NCBI GenBank assembly: GCA_951406725.2
Contig: OX597816.1
Span: 38,626,001-38,690,000 of the forward strand
DNA length: 64,000 nucleotides
Direction of reading: 5' to 3'
Source: Octopus vulgaris
Taxonomy: Eukaryota
Under the pieces are notes generated by a model. It made no database searches. It was given only the letters and a program-made list of their open reading frames with translations, and was not told the DNA's origin. A program made the translations under genes and the position numbers. Shown piece by piece: positions 1 to 12,528 of the stretch. Within the stretch, counting starts at the first letter, position 1. Every line of letters starts with the position of its first letter.

Positions 1-139
1 TGGATGAAAATACCAAACTGGAGACGAACACCATTCCTCCATGTGATCGGCTTGAAAAATTGTTAATACAGTTTTCTTAACATGAAACCAATGGTAGCCT
101 TGATACACATATAAATCTATATATATTAAGAAGCATCCA

Positions 140-215
140 TACAGTTTCTGTCTACCACTTCCACTCACAAGGCAATAGTTGACCCAAGCTATAACAGAAA
201 GCACTTGCTCAGAGT
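140..215 (-). mobile_element. Fragment of tRNA/CORE-type SINE (same family as 9362-9526)
   Basis: cagtttctgtctacca.ttccactcacaaggc...ctata.cagaa..cacttgc resembles the reverse complement of the body of the 9362-9526 copy. Confidence 0.5.
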
Positions 216-1230
216 GTTACAAAGTGAGCAAAACTATACAGTTACAAAAACTTTACAATTACAAAAACTACAATTCAACACTATACAATTACAAAGCGAA
301 CTCAAAATCCATACAGCCATACCTGCCACAATTGTATACAACTACGAATAGACATTTAGAAAAGATGACAGTTTTTTTTTTAAACCCCTACACTCATCAT
401 CATCAGTGGTTTAATGTCCCTATTCCAATTTTTACATTGAAAATACACACCTGGAAAATCACATTATCAAATCATCCTTATCTTGCTTGTATTGTCTCAC
501 CTTTTAGCCCCCAAATAGCAAGCCAATGATCTAATAGTCACATCTCCTCCTTCCCCACTCCTCATTCCTGCTACTTTTCAGCAGCAGCAGCAGTGAATTA
601 CACATGTTCTTAACCAATATGAATGATTCTTATGCTTTAAAACTTGCAGAGATTTCTGTTTCTGAATGTTTGATAGTGTGATAATCTCTTCTTTTCATGC
701 CTTCTCATACAGACCGAAAAAAAAACAAAAAACAAACAATATAATTATGCTAATATTAAATACTAAATCAAGATCAATGATTTATGACATTTGCTATTGA
801 TCCAATCTTGGGCTTTTCCTCAATAAACCACAAATTCTTTATATTTGATGAAGGTCAAGTTAATAAATCTCAGTTAATCCACTTCCCATTATTCAAGACT
901 AATCCTTTAACTCATACATGGTGAGCCTCTAAAATTACAAGGTAGAGCTCTTTAAATTTGACCTACAAAAAATGCACTGGTCTTTACCCACAAGCAAAAT
1001 CTGGCATTATCACAGTTTTAGGATAAGCCATTCCAGGTAACAAGATTCCAAGTTCTAATCAGACTTATAATACATGATCTCGAAGGATTTTGACACACTC
1101 AGCACCAAATGAATAAACAACCTAGATCTGGAGTACAACATGTAATACTTACACACATTTTTGGTAACAAATGAATGAAAGAGAATACTGAAGGTAGAGT
1201 TTAAATATTATATATATATATATATATATA

Positions 1231-1421
1231 CATCATCATCATCATCGTTTAACGTCTGTTCTCCATGCTAGCATCGGTTGGACGGTTCGACCGGGGATCT
1301 GGGAAGCCAGAAGGCTGCACCAGGCTCCAGTCTTATCTGGCAATGTTTCTACAGCTGGATGCCCTTCCTAACGCCAACCACTCCGTGAGTGTAGTGGGTG
1401 CTTTTTACGTGCCACCTGCAC
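1231..1421 (-). mobile_element. RTE-tailed SINE, 3' part with (GAT)n tail
   Basis: Reverse complement of the copies at 2791-3083 and 4186-4401; ends in ...gacgttaaacgatgatgatg, an RTE-like tail; flanked by (TA)n. Confidence 0.85.
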
Positions 1422-2165
1422 GTATATATATATAATGTGTGTGTATATGTCAATACATTAAATTCTTTAAAATTATATGCACACAAATTATTTACAATAT
1501 GTGGAAATAATTCTATGAAGTATAAGAAATAAAAAAAAAGGAAAGATGAAAGAAAGAAGAAAAGAAAAAGAGAGATGATAGAAGGAAGTGTCTATAGCCT
1601 TATTATGTGACTAACATGGTCAACTGGTGATAATGTTACAATTAATATTTAATCTAAATTGTAAAAGATCAATAATTGGGACAGTAATTTTAGAGTGTTG
1701 ATCATTTTATTCTCAATATTAATACTAAGTCAGTCCTAATTGAGAAGATATTTGATCAAAGATATTCAAGCAGGACCAAGCCAACTTGATTTTTTTTCAA
1801 ACACAATGTATATAGAACTATATTATGCAATTATCCTATTATTATACAGGGTATGATCTGAAGGAGATCAGTTTCTAGAGCTACCAAGTCAAGTGACCCA
1901 ATAGAGGCTTGTGGTTGTTATTGTTGCTCTGCTCCAGGTCAGTCTTGATATGACAAACCTATAATCAAAGGAACCCCAGTTATAACCCTTCCATTTTTAA
2001 AATTCAGACTGTGTATGTAGAACTACATTATTCAATATGCTTTAGAAAAAAGATTGTAAGGGCAGCCTTGCAAACACTACTTGGATGCACAGTGGATTGC
2101 TTGAGTGTCTTGAAAAACATGTAATTCACAATTTTGTTATACGAGTATGACTAGTGAGATATAAT

Positions 2166-2372
2166 GATTTCATATTTTGGTACAAGGCCAGTAATTTCAG
2201 TTACATTACATTGACCCCCGCCCCCAAGTGTTCAACTGGTACTTATTTCATTGACCCCAAAAGGATGAAAGGCAAAGTCAACTTTGGCAGAATTTTAACT
2301 CAGAACATAAAGCCGGACAAAATGTCACTAAGCCTTTTGCCTGGAGTGCTAACGATTCTGCCAGCTTGCCTC
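2166..2372 (-). mobile_element. tRNA-derived SINE with conserved central domain (gcctttcatcct...gataaa..aagtaccag)
   Basis: Homologous to 11148-11362, 32535-32750 and the arrays at 35130-35915 and 45420-46275; the minus strand starts ggcaagctggcagaatcgttagc (A-box-like) and has gagtt(c)aaattc (B-box-like). Confidence 0.8.
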
Positions 2373-2790
2373 TTTTGATTAAGTAATAGCTTTAAATAAA
2401 ATATTTAAAAAAAAAAAACTTTCCATGCAAAGAGTGCCAGATTTGAGAGAGATGTGACTGCTGTCTGCAGCAAGTTGAACATCCATGTAGAGCTTCATAC
2501 ACATGATCAAAGAAGTATGAATGTAACTAACCATTTGTCCATTTATTTAACTTGAATTGCATGGAGAATTATTTGGAGAGAGGCATTTTATGACTGGATG
2601 CCCTTCCTGTCACCAAACCTACCATTGCAAGTATGAAAACAGTATTCCACTACAACTATTATATATTCAGATTTCCCTCACTAAACTTTACAATCTCTAT
2701 AAAACACACAAAAACCTACAAACAGTTCAATTAGAATTAAATCTTAACACCAAATCCTTTGGGCTCACCTCATCTCTCTCAGTAAAGTTT

Positions 2791-3083
2791 GCGTGGCCGT
2801 TGCCAGTGCCGCCCCAACTGGCCTCTGTGTCGGTGGCACATAAAAAGCACCATCCGATCGTGGCCGTTTGCCAGCCTCATCTGGCACCTGTACTGGTGGC
2901 ACGTAAAAAGCACCCACTACACTCACAGAGTGGTTCGCGTTAGGAAGGGCATCCAGCCGTAGAAACATTGCCAGATCAGATTGGGCCTTGTGCAGCCTTC
3001 TGGCTTCCCAGACCCCAGTTGAACCGTACAACCCATGCTAGCATGGAAAGCGGACGTTAAACGATGATGATGAATGATGATGA
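2791..3083 (+). mobile_element. RTE-tailed SINE with internal duplication of ggtggcac(g/a)taaaaagcacc
   Basis: Near-identical to 4186-4401 and 63709-63950; ends ggacgttaaacgatgatgatga. Confidence 0.85.
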
Positions 3084-4185
3084 TTTGAGCAAAACTCTTC
3101 ATAGGTAAGAAAGAATTTTCTTCAATGTTTATATATTAGGCTCAACAAAACTTTTCTTTTTCTAAATAAGAGGCTTGTTTAAAAAAAACAGTACTCAAAC
3201 TTCTCAGCAGCAAAGAAACTTATCAAAATTTGCAAACTTTACTAATTGATTTTTTGCTGACACAGTCCACCAATAATTTCCTCCTACTCTGGTTGGTATT
3301 TCCTAATATAAGATTGTTGCTAATTTATCTTAGCCTTATAAAATTTTAATACAACTTATGAAATTCTTTTCATTTGAAAATGTCTGCCAAAATTCCACGT
3401 ACCTCAAACAAACTGTTATTTTAACCCATTTATTATGGAAAACTATTAAAACTACAAAACAACTACTATTATCTTAACCTAGTTACAACTGTGAATTATA
3501 TACACTAATATCACCAACAAATAAACAACCTGTAAATCTGCACCATTTATAAAAAAGAGTTCTTTATTCGTCATTATCATGTTTGTAGTTTTACTAAACT
3601 GAATCTTATCTAAATTACTCAACATACTGAATTGCTCAAGACTGGGGCCATTCTGTGTCATTACGTCAACCTCAACACTTATTTTCACTCTCATAAGAAC
3701 AAAAAAAACAAAGTAAACCTTGGAGCAAAAGGATATAACCAAGATAGAACCAAATAACACGGGGAACATTTCTGAGGCACAAGTCCTCCACTTTTCATCA
3801 ATATGTGCATATTACACATAAATGCATCCAGGGGCCTTCTAGACAATTTTTGTCCTCTAGATTTAGCTCACAAGACTTTGGTCAGACGAAATCTTTAACA
3901 TGCGGCAGACAAGCTAAATGTTTTACAATACTTAATATCTTCATGTTCTGAAGTTAAATCCTGGCAAAGCTGAAGTTGTTTTCGGGATTCAAAGGGTGAA
4001 TGAAATACATACCAGACGCGTACTATGGTTGAGTTAATCAATTATGCCCTTCTCATATAAGTGTCATAAGACACTGTGCCTATGTAAAATAATCAAGATT
4101 AGGAAAAAGTTTGAAACGAGCAATAAGCACAGAATTCTAGATGTTGAGGGGACTATAAGACAGACTATAACCACAGACAGCTTGA

Positions 4186-4398
4186 AAAAGCACCATCCGA
4201 TCGCTCGTCTGGCACCTGTGCCGGTGGTACGTAAAAAGCACCCACTACACTCATGGAGTGGTTGGCGTTAGGAAGGGCATCCAGCCGTCGAAACATTGCC
4301 AGGTCAGACTGGGCCTGGTGCAGCCTTCTGGCTTCCCAGACCCCAGTTGAACCATCCAACCCATGCTAGCATGGAAAGCGGATGCTAAATGATGATGA

Positions 4399-4401
<3 letters not shown>
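4186..4401 (+). mobile_element. RTE-tailed SINE
   Basis: Matches the 3' part of 2791-3083; (GAT)n tail runs into (AT)n. Confidence 0.85.
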
Positions 4402-4445
<44 letters not shown>

Positions 4446-4467
4446 TGTATATGTGTACATATAAGTA

Positions 4468-4524
<57 letters not shown>

Positions 4525-4692
4525 CACAATTTATTTGTGATCAGGGGTGTTCCTAAACCGAGGTACTAGGTACTACTGCATAAAATGAATAGAAGGACAG
4601 GAGATAAAGCATGATATATTCGAGATGAGAAGTGTTCAAAAAGTGAGGTACTACTTTACATGTATATATATGTATATGTGTGTACATATATA

Positions 4693-4740
<48 letters not shown>

Positions 4741-4776
4741 AATGTACATACTTACATATATACATATATATATATA

Positions 4777-5416
4777 TGCATATGTGGGCACAGGATGTCA
4801 TGAAACATGTACAACAAAAAATTACAAAGTACGAGTACATGGAATATGAACTATTTTTTCGAACGAAGGGCACAAATGGAAAACAGGACAACATAAAGAA
4901 TGACCCTTCATCAGTTATTAGTTGTTTTTCTACTCTCGTCTTTCGAGCATTTAACAACAATATATGCTTTCAATGAAACGGTTTCTCCCGCAAAGCAAAT
5001 TAAATAAAATTTGGGATTTTGCGGAGGGTCAAAATTGGTAATACAAACAGGACAGTGAAAACAAACAGGAAGGGCTGCTAAACCTAAACAAGGTTGCGGT
5101 GGCGAATGTGTAAATCAAGCTTGGACAGGACACAGACAAGAACACGTCTTTCTTGTCCCAGGTACAACGGAAAGAAAGAAAGAAACACAAGTTAGGAGAA
5201 GAAAGAAAGACGACCAATGGTCACGTGGGAGCCATGTGAGCAAGGGAGAAGGAGTGAGGGAGAGAGAGTGACAGAGTAATGGAATAGAATAGTGGGAGAA
5301 GAGGAGGTAAAAGAATAAGAGAGAGAAAGAGAGAAAAACGAAAGTGTAAAAAGATCATATAGAGTGCAAATCAGAATTAAGATAAAACTTACTTGGAAGA
5401 GGATGTGTGGTGTTCA

Positions 5417-5468
<52 letters not shown>

Positions 5469-5555
5469 TATATACATATATATATGTACTTACTTACATC
5501 TATACATGTATATATATATGCATATATACATACATATATGTACTTACTTACATCT

Positions 5556-5596
<41 letters not shown>

Positions 5597-5753
5597 TATG
5601 TGGGCACAGGACATCATGAAACATGTACAACAAAAAATACGAAGGACAAGTACATGGAATACAAACTATTTTTTTAACAACGAAATGCACAAATGGAAAA
5701 CAAGACAAACAACATAATGAACGACCGTTCATCAGTTGTTGGCTGTTTTTCTA
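4777..5753. repeat. Two diverged ~160-bp direct repeats (4777-4932 and 5593-5753); possibly Penelope-like pseudo-LTR fragments
   Basis: Both start tgcatatgtgggcacagga..tcatgaaacatgtacaacaaaaa and end ttcatcagtt.tt.g.tgtttttcta; each abuts (TA)n. Confidence 0.6.
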
Positions 5754-5800
5754 AGATATAGTTATATATATATATGCATACATATGTGTGTGTGTATATA

Positions 5801-6925
5801 CAGTGGTGGTAGTCTATTCCTTATGCAGAGTTTGAGCACCTCCCGTACCTACGTCTTAGAACCATCATGCCATTTGATGTGGCTTTTTAAAACAAACGAT
5901 GTTCTGAAAAGACACTCACATAGAATGCATAAACGATTTGGAAAAACCAAGAGCTGCAGATAAGTTCTCATCTTTGTGGACCTTAAAATGGTGAATAGAG
6001 AGAAGCTGACACAACATAATCCTTTAGTAGATTCATATAACCTACACTATTTAGCTTTCCATCAACTTTAACTAGAGGGCCAACACCAAAGCTACTAAAT
6101 ACCGCCCACATCACACCCCCACCCCCCGCTTGCGCTATCTTTTTCACACATTTCGGATGGAATTCCTCGGTTGGGCGACATCTGACGTATGTTTTACCAT
6201 CTGATCCAAATATACAGAAGTGTGAGTCGTCACTCCAAAGGACTCTGCACCAATCTTCAGCCGTCCGCTGAGCATGGCTTTTTTGCAAAATTAAGGCATT
6301 TGAGTCGATTTCTTTCGGATATTATTGGCTCTTTCCTAGTGATTTGTCCATGTAGTCCAAATTCTCTCAAATGGTTGCAGATGGTTTGTGGTGTAAAAAT
6401 AACACCATTCTCGTTGAACAATTGTTTACAAATGTCAACGGCTGTCAGCATTTGGTTGCCTTCCGAAAGTCAGTGGATTCGACGGTCCAACTGCGCTGTC
6501 ATTTTACTTGGAGCGCAAGTCCTTTGCCAATCTTTATATTGACTGGTCTCCGAGTATAACTTCTACGCTTGCACGCAAATCATTTTACTGCACTTTAGTT
6601 GCTTGCTGATGTTTGAAAAGGAAACTTTTTGCTGGTGGAGTAATACGACTGTTGCTCTTGTGACTGGACTGAGGCTACATTGTTTTCCCATTATTAATCA
6701 ATTGTATAATAACGTTAAATTATAACACTATATAGTGCAGTTGGGCTAGTTGTGTGACCACCCATTTTGGCAAAAAAATTGCATACATATTACATGGTCT
6801 TAAACTAATTTTGCTGGTAAATTTGAAACGTTTATATTAATTTAGCATTAGAATTCTTCAAGTTGTATAAAAATAGTTGTCTGCATCATTCGAAAGAGAA
6901 ATAAATTCTGCATAAGGTGTAAACG
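5801..6925 (-). mobile_element. Decayed Tc1-family DNA transposon (transposase pseudogene ~6691-5983)
   Basis: Minus-strand translation MGKQCSLS...; TICNHLREFGLHGQITRKEPIISERNRLKCLNFAKK; WCRVLWSDDSHFCIFGSDGKTYVR; GGGGVMWAVFS..GVGPLVKVDGKLNS, with stops and frameshifts; TA-CAGTG end at 5799-5805 and partial inverted match ccttatgcaga/tctgcataagg. Confidence 0.9.
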
Positions 6926-7138
6926 ATAAAAATAATTTGTATGGTGTTAGTAATAAAATATTTTGTAAGAAATAGAACTTTTATCATCAGTCTTAAATTT
7001 ATTTTCGCCAGTGTAGCTTTGAGACAAAGCAACATAAAGCCTTTCCAGTAAAAATTCAAGTAAAAATACTGTGAAAATTTTGAGACTTCTTGGTTTTTTC
7101 AATGTTTGAAAAGAAGTGTCTGTCTTAATTTTTAATGA

Positions 7139-8698
7139 TATGGCATCAGCAAATAATGATTCCAACTCTGAAGTTTTTAGTCTTGATGATGTACAAAATA
7201 GAAATGGAAACAACAGAGATTTATCTTCAGCCAATTTGAATTGACATTTATGAAGCTTTGTTGCACGAGGAATATTTTGATAATGAAAGCAATGAAAATG
7301 ATATTGAAAACATTATGGTAACATGGTTAAAGATTTCTCCATCAACCACAATTCCTGATTTCATAGAAAAGACTAGAGCACAATACAGTCTACCGCCCTA
7401 TGCTCAACAATTGGACTATTTATTTTTATTTTTATCAAAAAGTCTTTTTTGAAACTGTCACGGAGGAAACAAGTATGCTCAATGCATGATTTCTATTCAT
7501 GGAATGCCCAATCCATTATGGCAGACAACTGATACTGCGGAAAAGTGAGCTTTTTTCTACTATAAACATCATGTTTGGTATCAACTGTGGAACTATTGGA
7601 ATCCTGATATAAAGTATGGTAATCCATATATTTCCAGCATTATGTCTAACTATAGTTAATTCATATACTGTTTATGTAAAAAGCCACAAGGTACCTCTGC
7701 CACCAAAGAACTACGATCATTTGAAATTCCAGGTTGACATCGCATCTTGGTTACACGAGGGCTTTTCTTCCAGAAAGCACATGACTGGGAGAAAAGCAAA
7801 ATTAACTGAGGTGCATGTTGGCAGAGAAAATATTGACTTCCATAAAGTGGAAAAGATAAATTGAAGGGAAAAGTTTGCAGACTGTGTTCACTGGAAAAAA
7901 TAAAAACTGCGAAAGGATATCAGGTCAAGACCTCATATGTGTTCGTTTTGCAAAGTGCCCTTGTGTAAAGGATGCTTTGGACAGTTTCACGATAGAAATA
8001 TGGTATAACTATATTTTGTTGCTTGATAGTAATACTATCATATATTCCTTTACTTTTATTGCAAATAATATGTGAAAATGAGAAATACATATTAATTTTC
8101 AGTATGTTACATAATTGCATTCACCTTTGCCTCACCTGTTATTGAGCTTTATTTTTATTAGATTCATTCTGTTATGTAAATGTATTCATTAAAATGTATA
8201 AGAGTACATAGCCAATGGTATATTGACTAATAAAAGAGTTTTGTACTTTATTTTCAATGAAAATGTTTGAATTAAATATATAGAAGGAATAAGATCTTGT
8301 ACCGATTATAACTGTATTTTAATTAATTCAAATTAATGTATCTCATCTTGAAAAGTGGCAAAATTGTTGGCAGTTGACATCTGGAATTATTTTAGTAACA
8401 AATCAAACAGGTAAGATGCATTAAGAATTTCAATTTTAGTGTTTATCCATAATGTTATTGCTTTTATACCTGTTAATTAAATTTACCTGCCCATAAAAGT
8501 CAAATTTAATCAGCAAGATCAGCTAAAATTACGTAACTATAATCACTGGTATATAAGCACCCACTGACAAAATTTCAAATCTGTATGTAAAAAATTAACA
8601 AAGTTACAAGCAAATATTGGGACCCCCCCCTTGAACCAAAATAATCTGAACAAATAAGCATTACATTTGACAGATTAATCTGAACACTAAAGGGCTAA
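7139..8698 (+). mobile_element. Internally deleted, decayed piggyBac-like transposon
   Basis: LDYLFLFLSKSLF/ETVTEET, INIMFGI, NYW, IVNSYTVY, HLKFQVDIA, and a C-terminal Cys-rich piece (CRLC...LCKGCFGQFH); right end ctgaacactaaagggctaa resembles the TTAA MITE terminus. Confidence 0.75.
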
Positions 8699-8699
8699 G

Positions 8700-9092
8700 G
8701 TAGTCCCAGTAACCAAGATCAGTCATGCCCTTAATTCTTATTAGTGAAAGAGGTATGATGATACCTTGTTCTCTGGACCAAAAGGTGCTTAAGATCCAGG
8801 AGCTCATCTCATGAGGTATATCAACCTTATCGTTAATGTGGGCACACCGGCTGAGATTGCTGTCAACAATAACTCCCAGGTCTCTGAAATGATTAGATGC
8901 TGTGAATGCTTCTCCTGAAGGAAGAGATTATGTTTGTTTTAGCATAGTCTTTTTCCCAAAATGGATCAATTCAAATTTTCCCTCATTCAGTTGCATTATG
9001 TTTTTGTCTGCCCATTGACTTACAGCATGTAGATCAGACTGGAGTTCAGTTGGGTTTTCTTCTTCATCGATAGTTTTCTGGAGCTTGCAGTC
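8700..9092 (-). mobile_element. Non-LTR retrotransposon (CR1/L2-like) reverse transcriptase C-terminal fragment
   Basis: DCKLQKTI...LQSDLHAVSQWADKNIMQLNEGKFELIHFG, followed by RDLGVIVDSNLS..AHIN. Confidence 0.8.
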
Positions 9093-9320
9093 AAATACAC
9101 ACACATATATAAATCCCAAAAACGGAACAAGAATGTAACGGATGACAGTGAAAACATAGACAGATAGACAATACAAATACGGACAGGGAAATCAGGACAG
9201 AGCATTCGTGGCTTATTTAAATATATATATATATTTATACACACACACACACATATCTATATACATACACACACACACTCATATCTATATACATACACAC
9301 ACACATATATATATATATAT

Positions 9321-9357
<37 letters not shown>

Positions 9358-9361
9358 CATA

Positions 9362-9526
9362 GAGGCACAGCAGTAGCTGTGTGGTAAATAGCTTGCTTAC
9401 TAACCACATGGTTCTGGGTTCAGTCCCACTGTGTGGTACCCTGGGCAAGTGTCTTCTGCTATAGCCTCGGGCCAACCAAAGCCTTGTGAGTGGATTTGGT
9501 GGACAGAAGTTGAAAGAAGCCTTTCA
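9362..9526 (+). mobile_element. tRNA-derived SINE head plus CORE-like domain
   Basis: A-box-like gtagctgtgtggt, B-box-like ggttcagtcc, then cctgggcaagtgtcttct; homologous to 62256-62412 and 28140-28270. Confidence 0.8.
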
Positions 9527-9545
9527 TATATATATATATATATAT

Positions 9546-10185
9546 CAGGTCATCCCATAAGTTCTGTCCCAATTTTGAATAAAGAAAACAAGTGATCACA
9601 TGTTATATTTAATTGAAATTTAATCATCAATGTACTTTCCCTGATTATCTATGACTTCCTTCCATCTACTTACAAGCTTTTTAATCCCATCAATGTAAAA
9701 CTCTTTTGGTTTCAAAGTGAAGAACTCTGAAATGTCAGTTTTGACCTCCTCCTGGCTTGCAAAAGTTATGTCACCCAAATGATTCTGTAAACTACAAAAC
9801 AAATGGTAGTCTCAAGGAGCAAGATCGGGAGAATAAGGTGGATGAGGAGTTTTTTCCCAACCAAGCTCTTCAATCTTCTGTGATGTGATCTTTGCAGTGT
9901 GGGGTCGCGCATTGTCCTGATGAAACATCACAGCTTTTCAATTCACTAAAGCGGGTCTTTTTCTTCAAAGCTTGGTTCAAATGCTCTAATTGCTGACAAT
10001 AGACTCGAGCACCAATTGTTGCATTAGGTGGTAATAATTCAAAGTGAATTACTCCTTTGCAATCCCACCAGATAGAGAGAAGAACCTTTTCTCCATGAAG
10101 TTCCCATCTCAGTGGTGGTTCAGCTTTTTCCCTTTTACCAAACAACTGTTTACGATGTTTAACATTTCGATAGAAGATCCTGTAC
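9546..10185 (-). mobile_element. Decayed mariner (DD34D) transposon, 3' half
   Basis: LHGEKVLLSIWWDCKGVIHFELL, FHQDNA.PH, SPDLAP*DYHLFCSLQNHL, FYIDGIKKLVSRWKEVIDNQGKYIDD; end ta|tcaggtcatcccataagttc. Confidence 0.92.
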
Positions 10186-10344
10186 TTGATGTATTTTATA
10201 TAGATATATAAATAGACACACACATAAATACATATATTTTGTTTCGAATTTGTGTGAATGTGTATAGAATAATATATCAGTTGTATGAAATTAAAACATG
10301 GTCTGGCTTTCACGTTTTTATTATGAATGGGTTTTTCCATGGCT

Positions 10345-10582
10345 ATATATAAGAATCTCTTCCAGGGGCGAATGGGTTATTCCCTTGGTTTTTGAAATAA
10401 AATAGATGTGTATTAGGATCCCTTCCAGGGTCCCTATTATTGCTTTTTTTCAACAATCTGAGTACGCCATGAGGTTTCCAGACATGCGTCAAGTTTCATC
10501 AAAATTGATAAAACGATGTAGGAGGGGTTAGCTAACAACTCCACAAACACACCCAGACAGAATTTCCCACATATGTAGTAGA
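10345..10582 (-). mobile_element. Probable Helitron-like non-autonomous element, 5' portion
   Basis: Minus strand begins a|tctactacatat...tctgtctgggtgtg (TC start after A), with a gtcaagtttcatcaaaat motif typical of short Helitron derivatives; no 3' CTRR end found. Confidence 0.45.
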
Positions 10583-10710
10583 TACACCATATATATATAT
10601 ATATATACACACCCTATATATATATATACACATACACACCATATATTTATATATATATACATACACGCCATATATTTATATACATATATATATACATACA
10701 TACACACACA

Positions 10711-10742
<32 letters not shown>

Positions 10743-10745
<3 letters not shown>

Positions 10746-11055
10746 TTTATTAGAGGATATATTAACCTCTTAAAGGGATGATAACATACAAGAATGTACT
10801 GGTTCAATACCTTATATCTTTGGGAAATATATTTCACAAAATCAATAGGTATATATCAAGCATATAATGTCTAATATTTCCCTGATGATATTTTGCTCAT
10901 AACTTGTATATGCAGATTTATTGTATAAATTTTAATTTACTGAATAAGTACAAATTGAAACAATTATAGGAATGAATGATTATCAATTTATTAATAAATT
11001 ATTATAAACCATTATCTCTCCATTTAATTCTCTTAATTGAATATGGTTTATATAT
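10743..11055 (+). mobile_element. Short Penelope-like-derived element in (TA)n with a degenerate hammerhead motif
   Basis: 5' part tagaggata..taacc...aagggat...tactggt...ttatatc is homologous to 29831-29897; contains TTCC-CTGATGA...GAAAC-AATT-ATA-GGAA. Confidence 0.55.
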
Positions 11056-11147
11056 ATTATTTATATTATAAAAAAAAATTAGAAACTTCAAGAGGTATGA
11101 AATAATTCATTTTGACTGTGGAACTGAAAGTAGATAAACCTATAAAT

Positions 11148-11362
11148 ATTGGTTTCAAATTTTGGTACAAGGCCAGCAATTTCAAGGGAGAGGCTATGTT
11201 GATTAAATCAACCCCAATGCTCAACTAGTATTTATTTTATCAACCCTGAAAGAATGAAAGACAAATTTGACCCAGGTGGCATTTGAACCCATAAGGTAAA
11301 GACAGACAAAATGCTATTAAGCATTTTACCCAGAGTGTTAACAATTCTGCCTGCTTGCCACC
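11148..11362 (-). mobile_element. tRNA-derived SINE (2166-2372 family)
   Basis: tttcaaattttggtacaaggccagcaatttc...aacaattctgcctgcttgcc. Confidence 0.8.
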
Positions 11363-11877
11363 ATAGGTAAAAACCATGGACAGAAAAATGATAGCACATT
11401 TGTCATGTTCATGGAAGATTTAGCTTCATATCCAACAAGCATCCTTTGACTTTTTTCTAACAAAGAAGTTTTTTAACCCAATATTCTACATTCTCATATT
11501 CAAAATTTTATATATGTAAGACAACATTAGGGTGCAAGCAGACAGTTTCAAAAATCTGTACACATTTCTTGCTCTGAACAGTAACAAAAAAATCAGATGA
11601 GCCAAACCAAGAAACCTCTACTTTGTCATGAAACCTACTAAAAACATCAGCCAAATATTCCTCAAATCACAACATACTGTCTTACAAAAATGCTCTTTCA
11701 TAAAGTAGCCCTTAGTGCACTGTGTCTGAGAAAAAGATGAGATGGTCACAGATGGAATGCTTTTGCTGAATAACAATAGGTACTTCAGACAATATCAAGA
11801 AGAGTAATAGAGATACTGTTAGCCTATATCAGAGACAGAGAAGTCAATGTAAAAGACAGGGTAGCATAATGCATGCT

Positions 11878-12076
11878 GAATTGTTTTGATACCACCCTGC
11901 CTACAACTGGTTCTATAATACAAACTTTCTATTTCAAAATAATCTAAATTAAAACCTTCCATTGAAAATTTCATGTTCCAAAAACCAGATTAATAGCAAC
12001 AATATTATTTTACTAAATTTGCCATTATGTTTTTCAACTGAAACAATGGCAGTGTATTTTAACAGAAAAATGGTTA
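11878..12076. mobile_element. Degenerate piggyBac-type MITE, family B
   Basis: Homologous to 41255-41477 (aattaaaaccttcca...ttattttactaaattt...ggcagtgtattt.aa.agaaa). Confidence 0.6.
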
Positions 12077-12479
12077 AAAACGAGGGGTGGGTGGGGGTGA
12101 AGAAGAGTCTAATGATACAAAAAGAATACCTATTGCATAAATATGTATGGAAATTAGTTTACATCAAAAGCTTATTTCAGATCCTGGTAAGGTCAGCTTT
12201 GCTTCTAATCCTTTCAAGGTACATTAAAAAAAAAAAAAAAAAAAGGTACCAATCAGAGGTGGTGGATTGGTGAAACTGTAAGAAAGTCAGAATGGATGCT
12301 TTCCCATATTCGCTCCAGTCCCTTGTGCTCTGAGTACAAATCCTGCTATGGCCTACTAAGGTGATAGACTCGGCCTGTCATCCAGTTTAACATTACAACC
12401 TGGCAAAATTGGTGCTTTTAGCAGAGTCCACTTTGTTGCAAGCATATGAGCTTCTGGTTTGAGGATACTTTCCTCTTAC

Positions 12480-12528
12480 CAATTTCAACAGCCATGTAAA
12501 GAAACATGGGCTTTGCCTTCCCTCCTGA
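12480..12528 (-). other. Candidate 49-nt internal exon of an unidentified minus-strand gene
   Basis: Minus strand: (t)n-atctatcttttag|tcaggaggg...gaaattg|gtaaga; two reading frames open; no recognisable homology. Confidence 0.25.

Noticed and set aside
4860-4985. Possible minus-strand hammerhead (CTGATGA, AGCAT/ATGCT-CGAAA)
   Set aside because: The core elements are not in a consistent order or spacing for a single fold
9362-9435. tRNA-like A/B boxes
   Set aside because: SINE head with no cloverleaf, continuing directly into the SINE body
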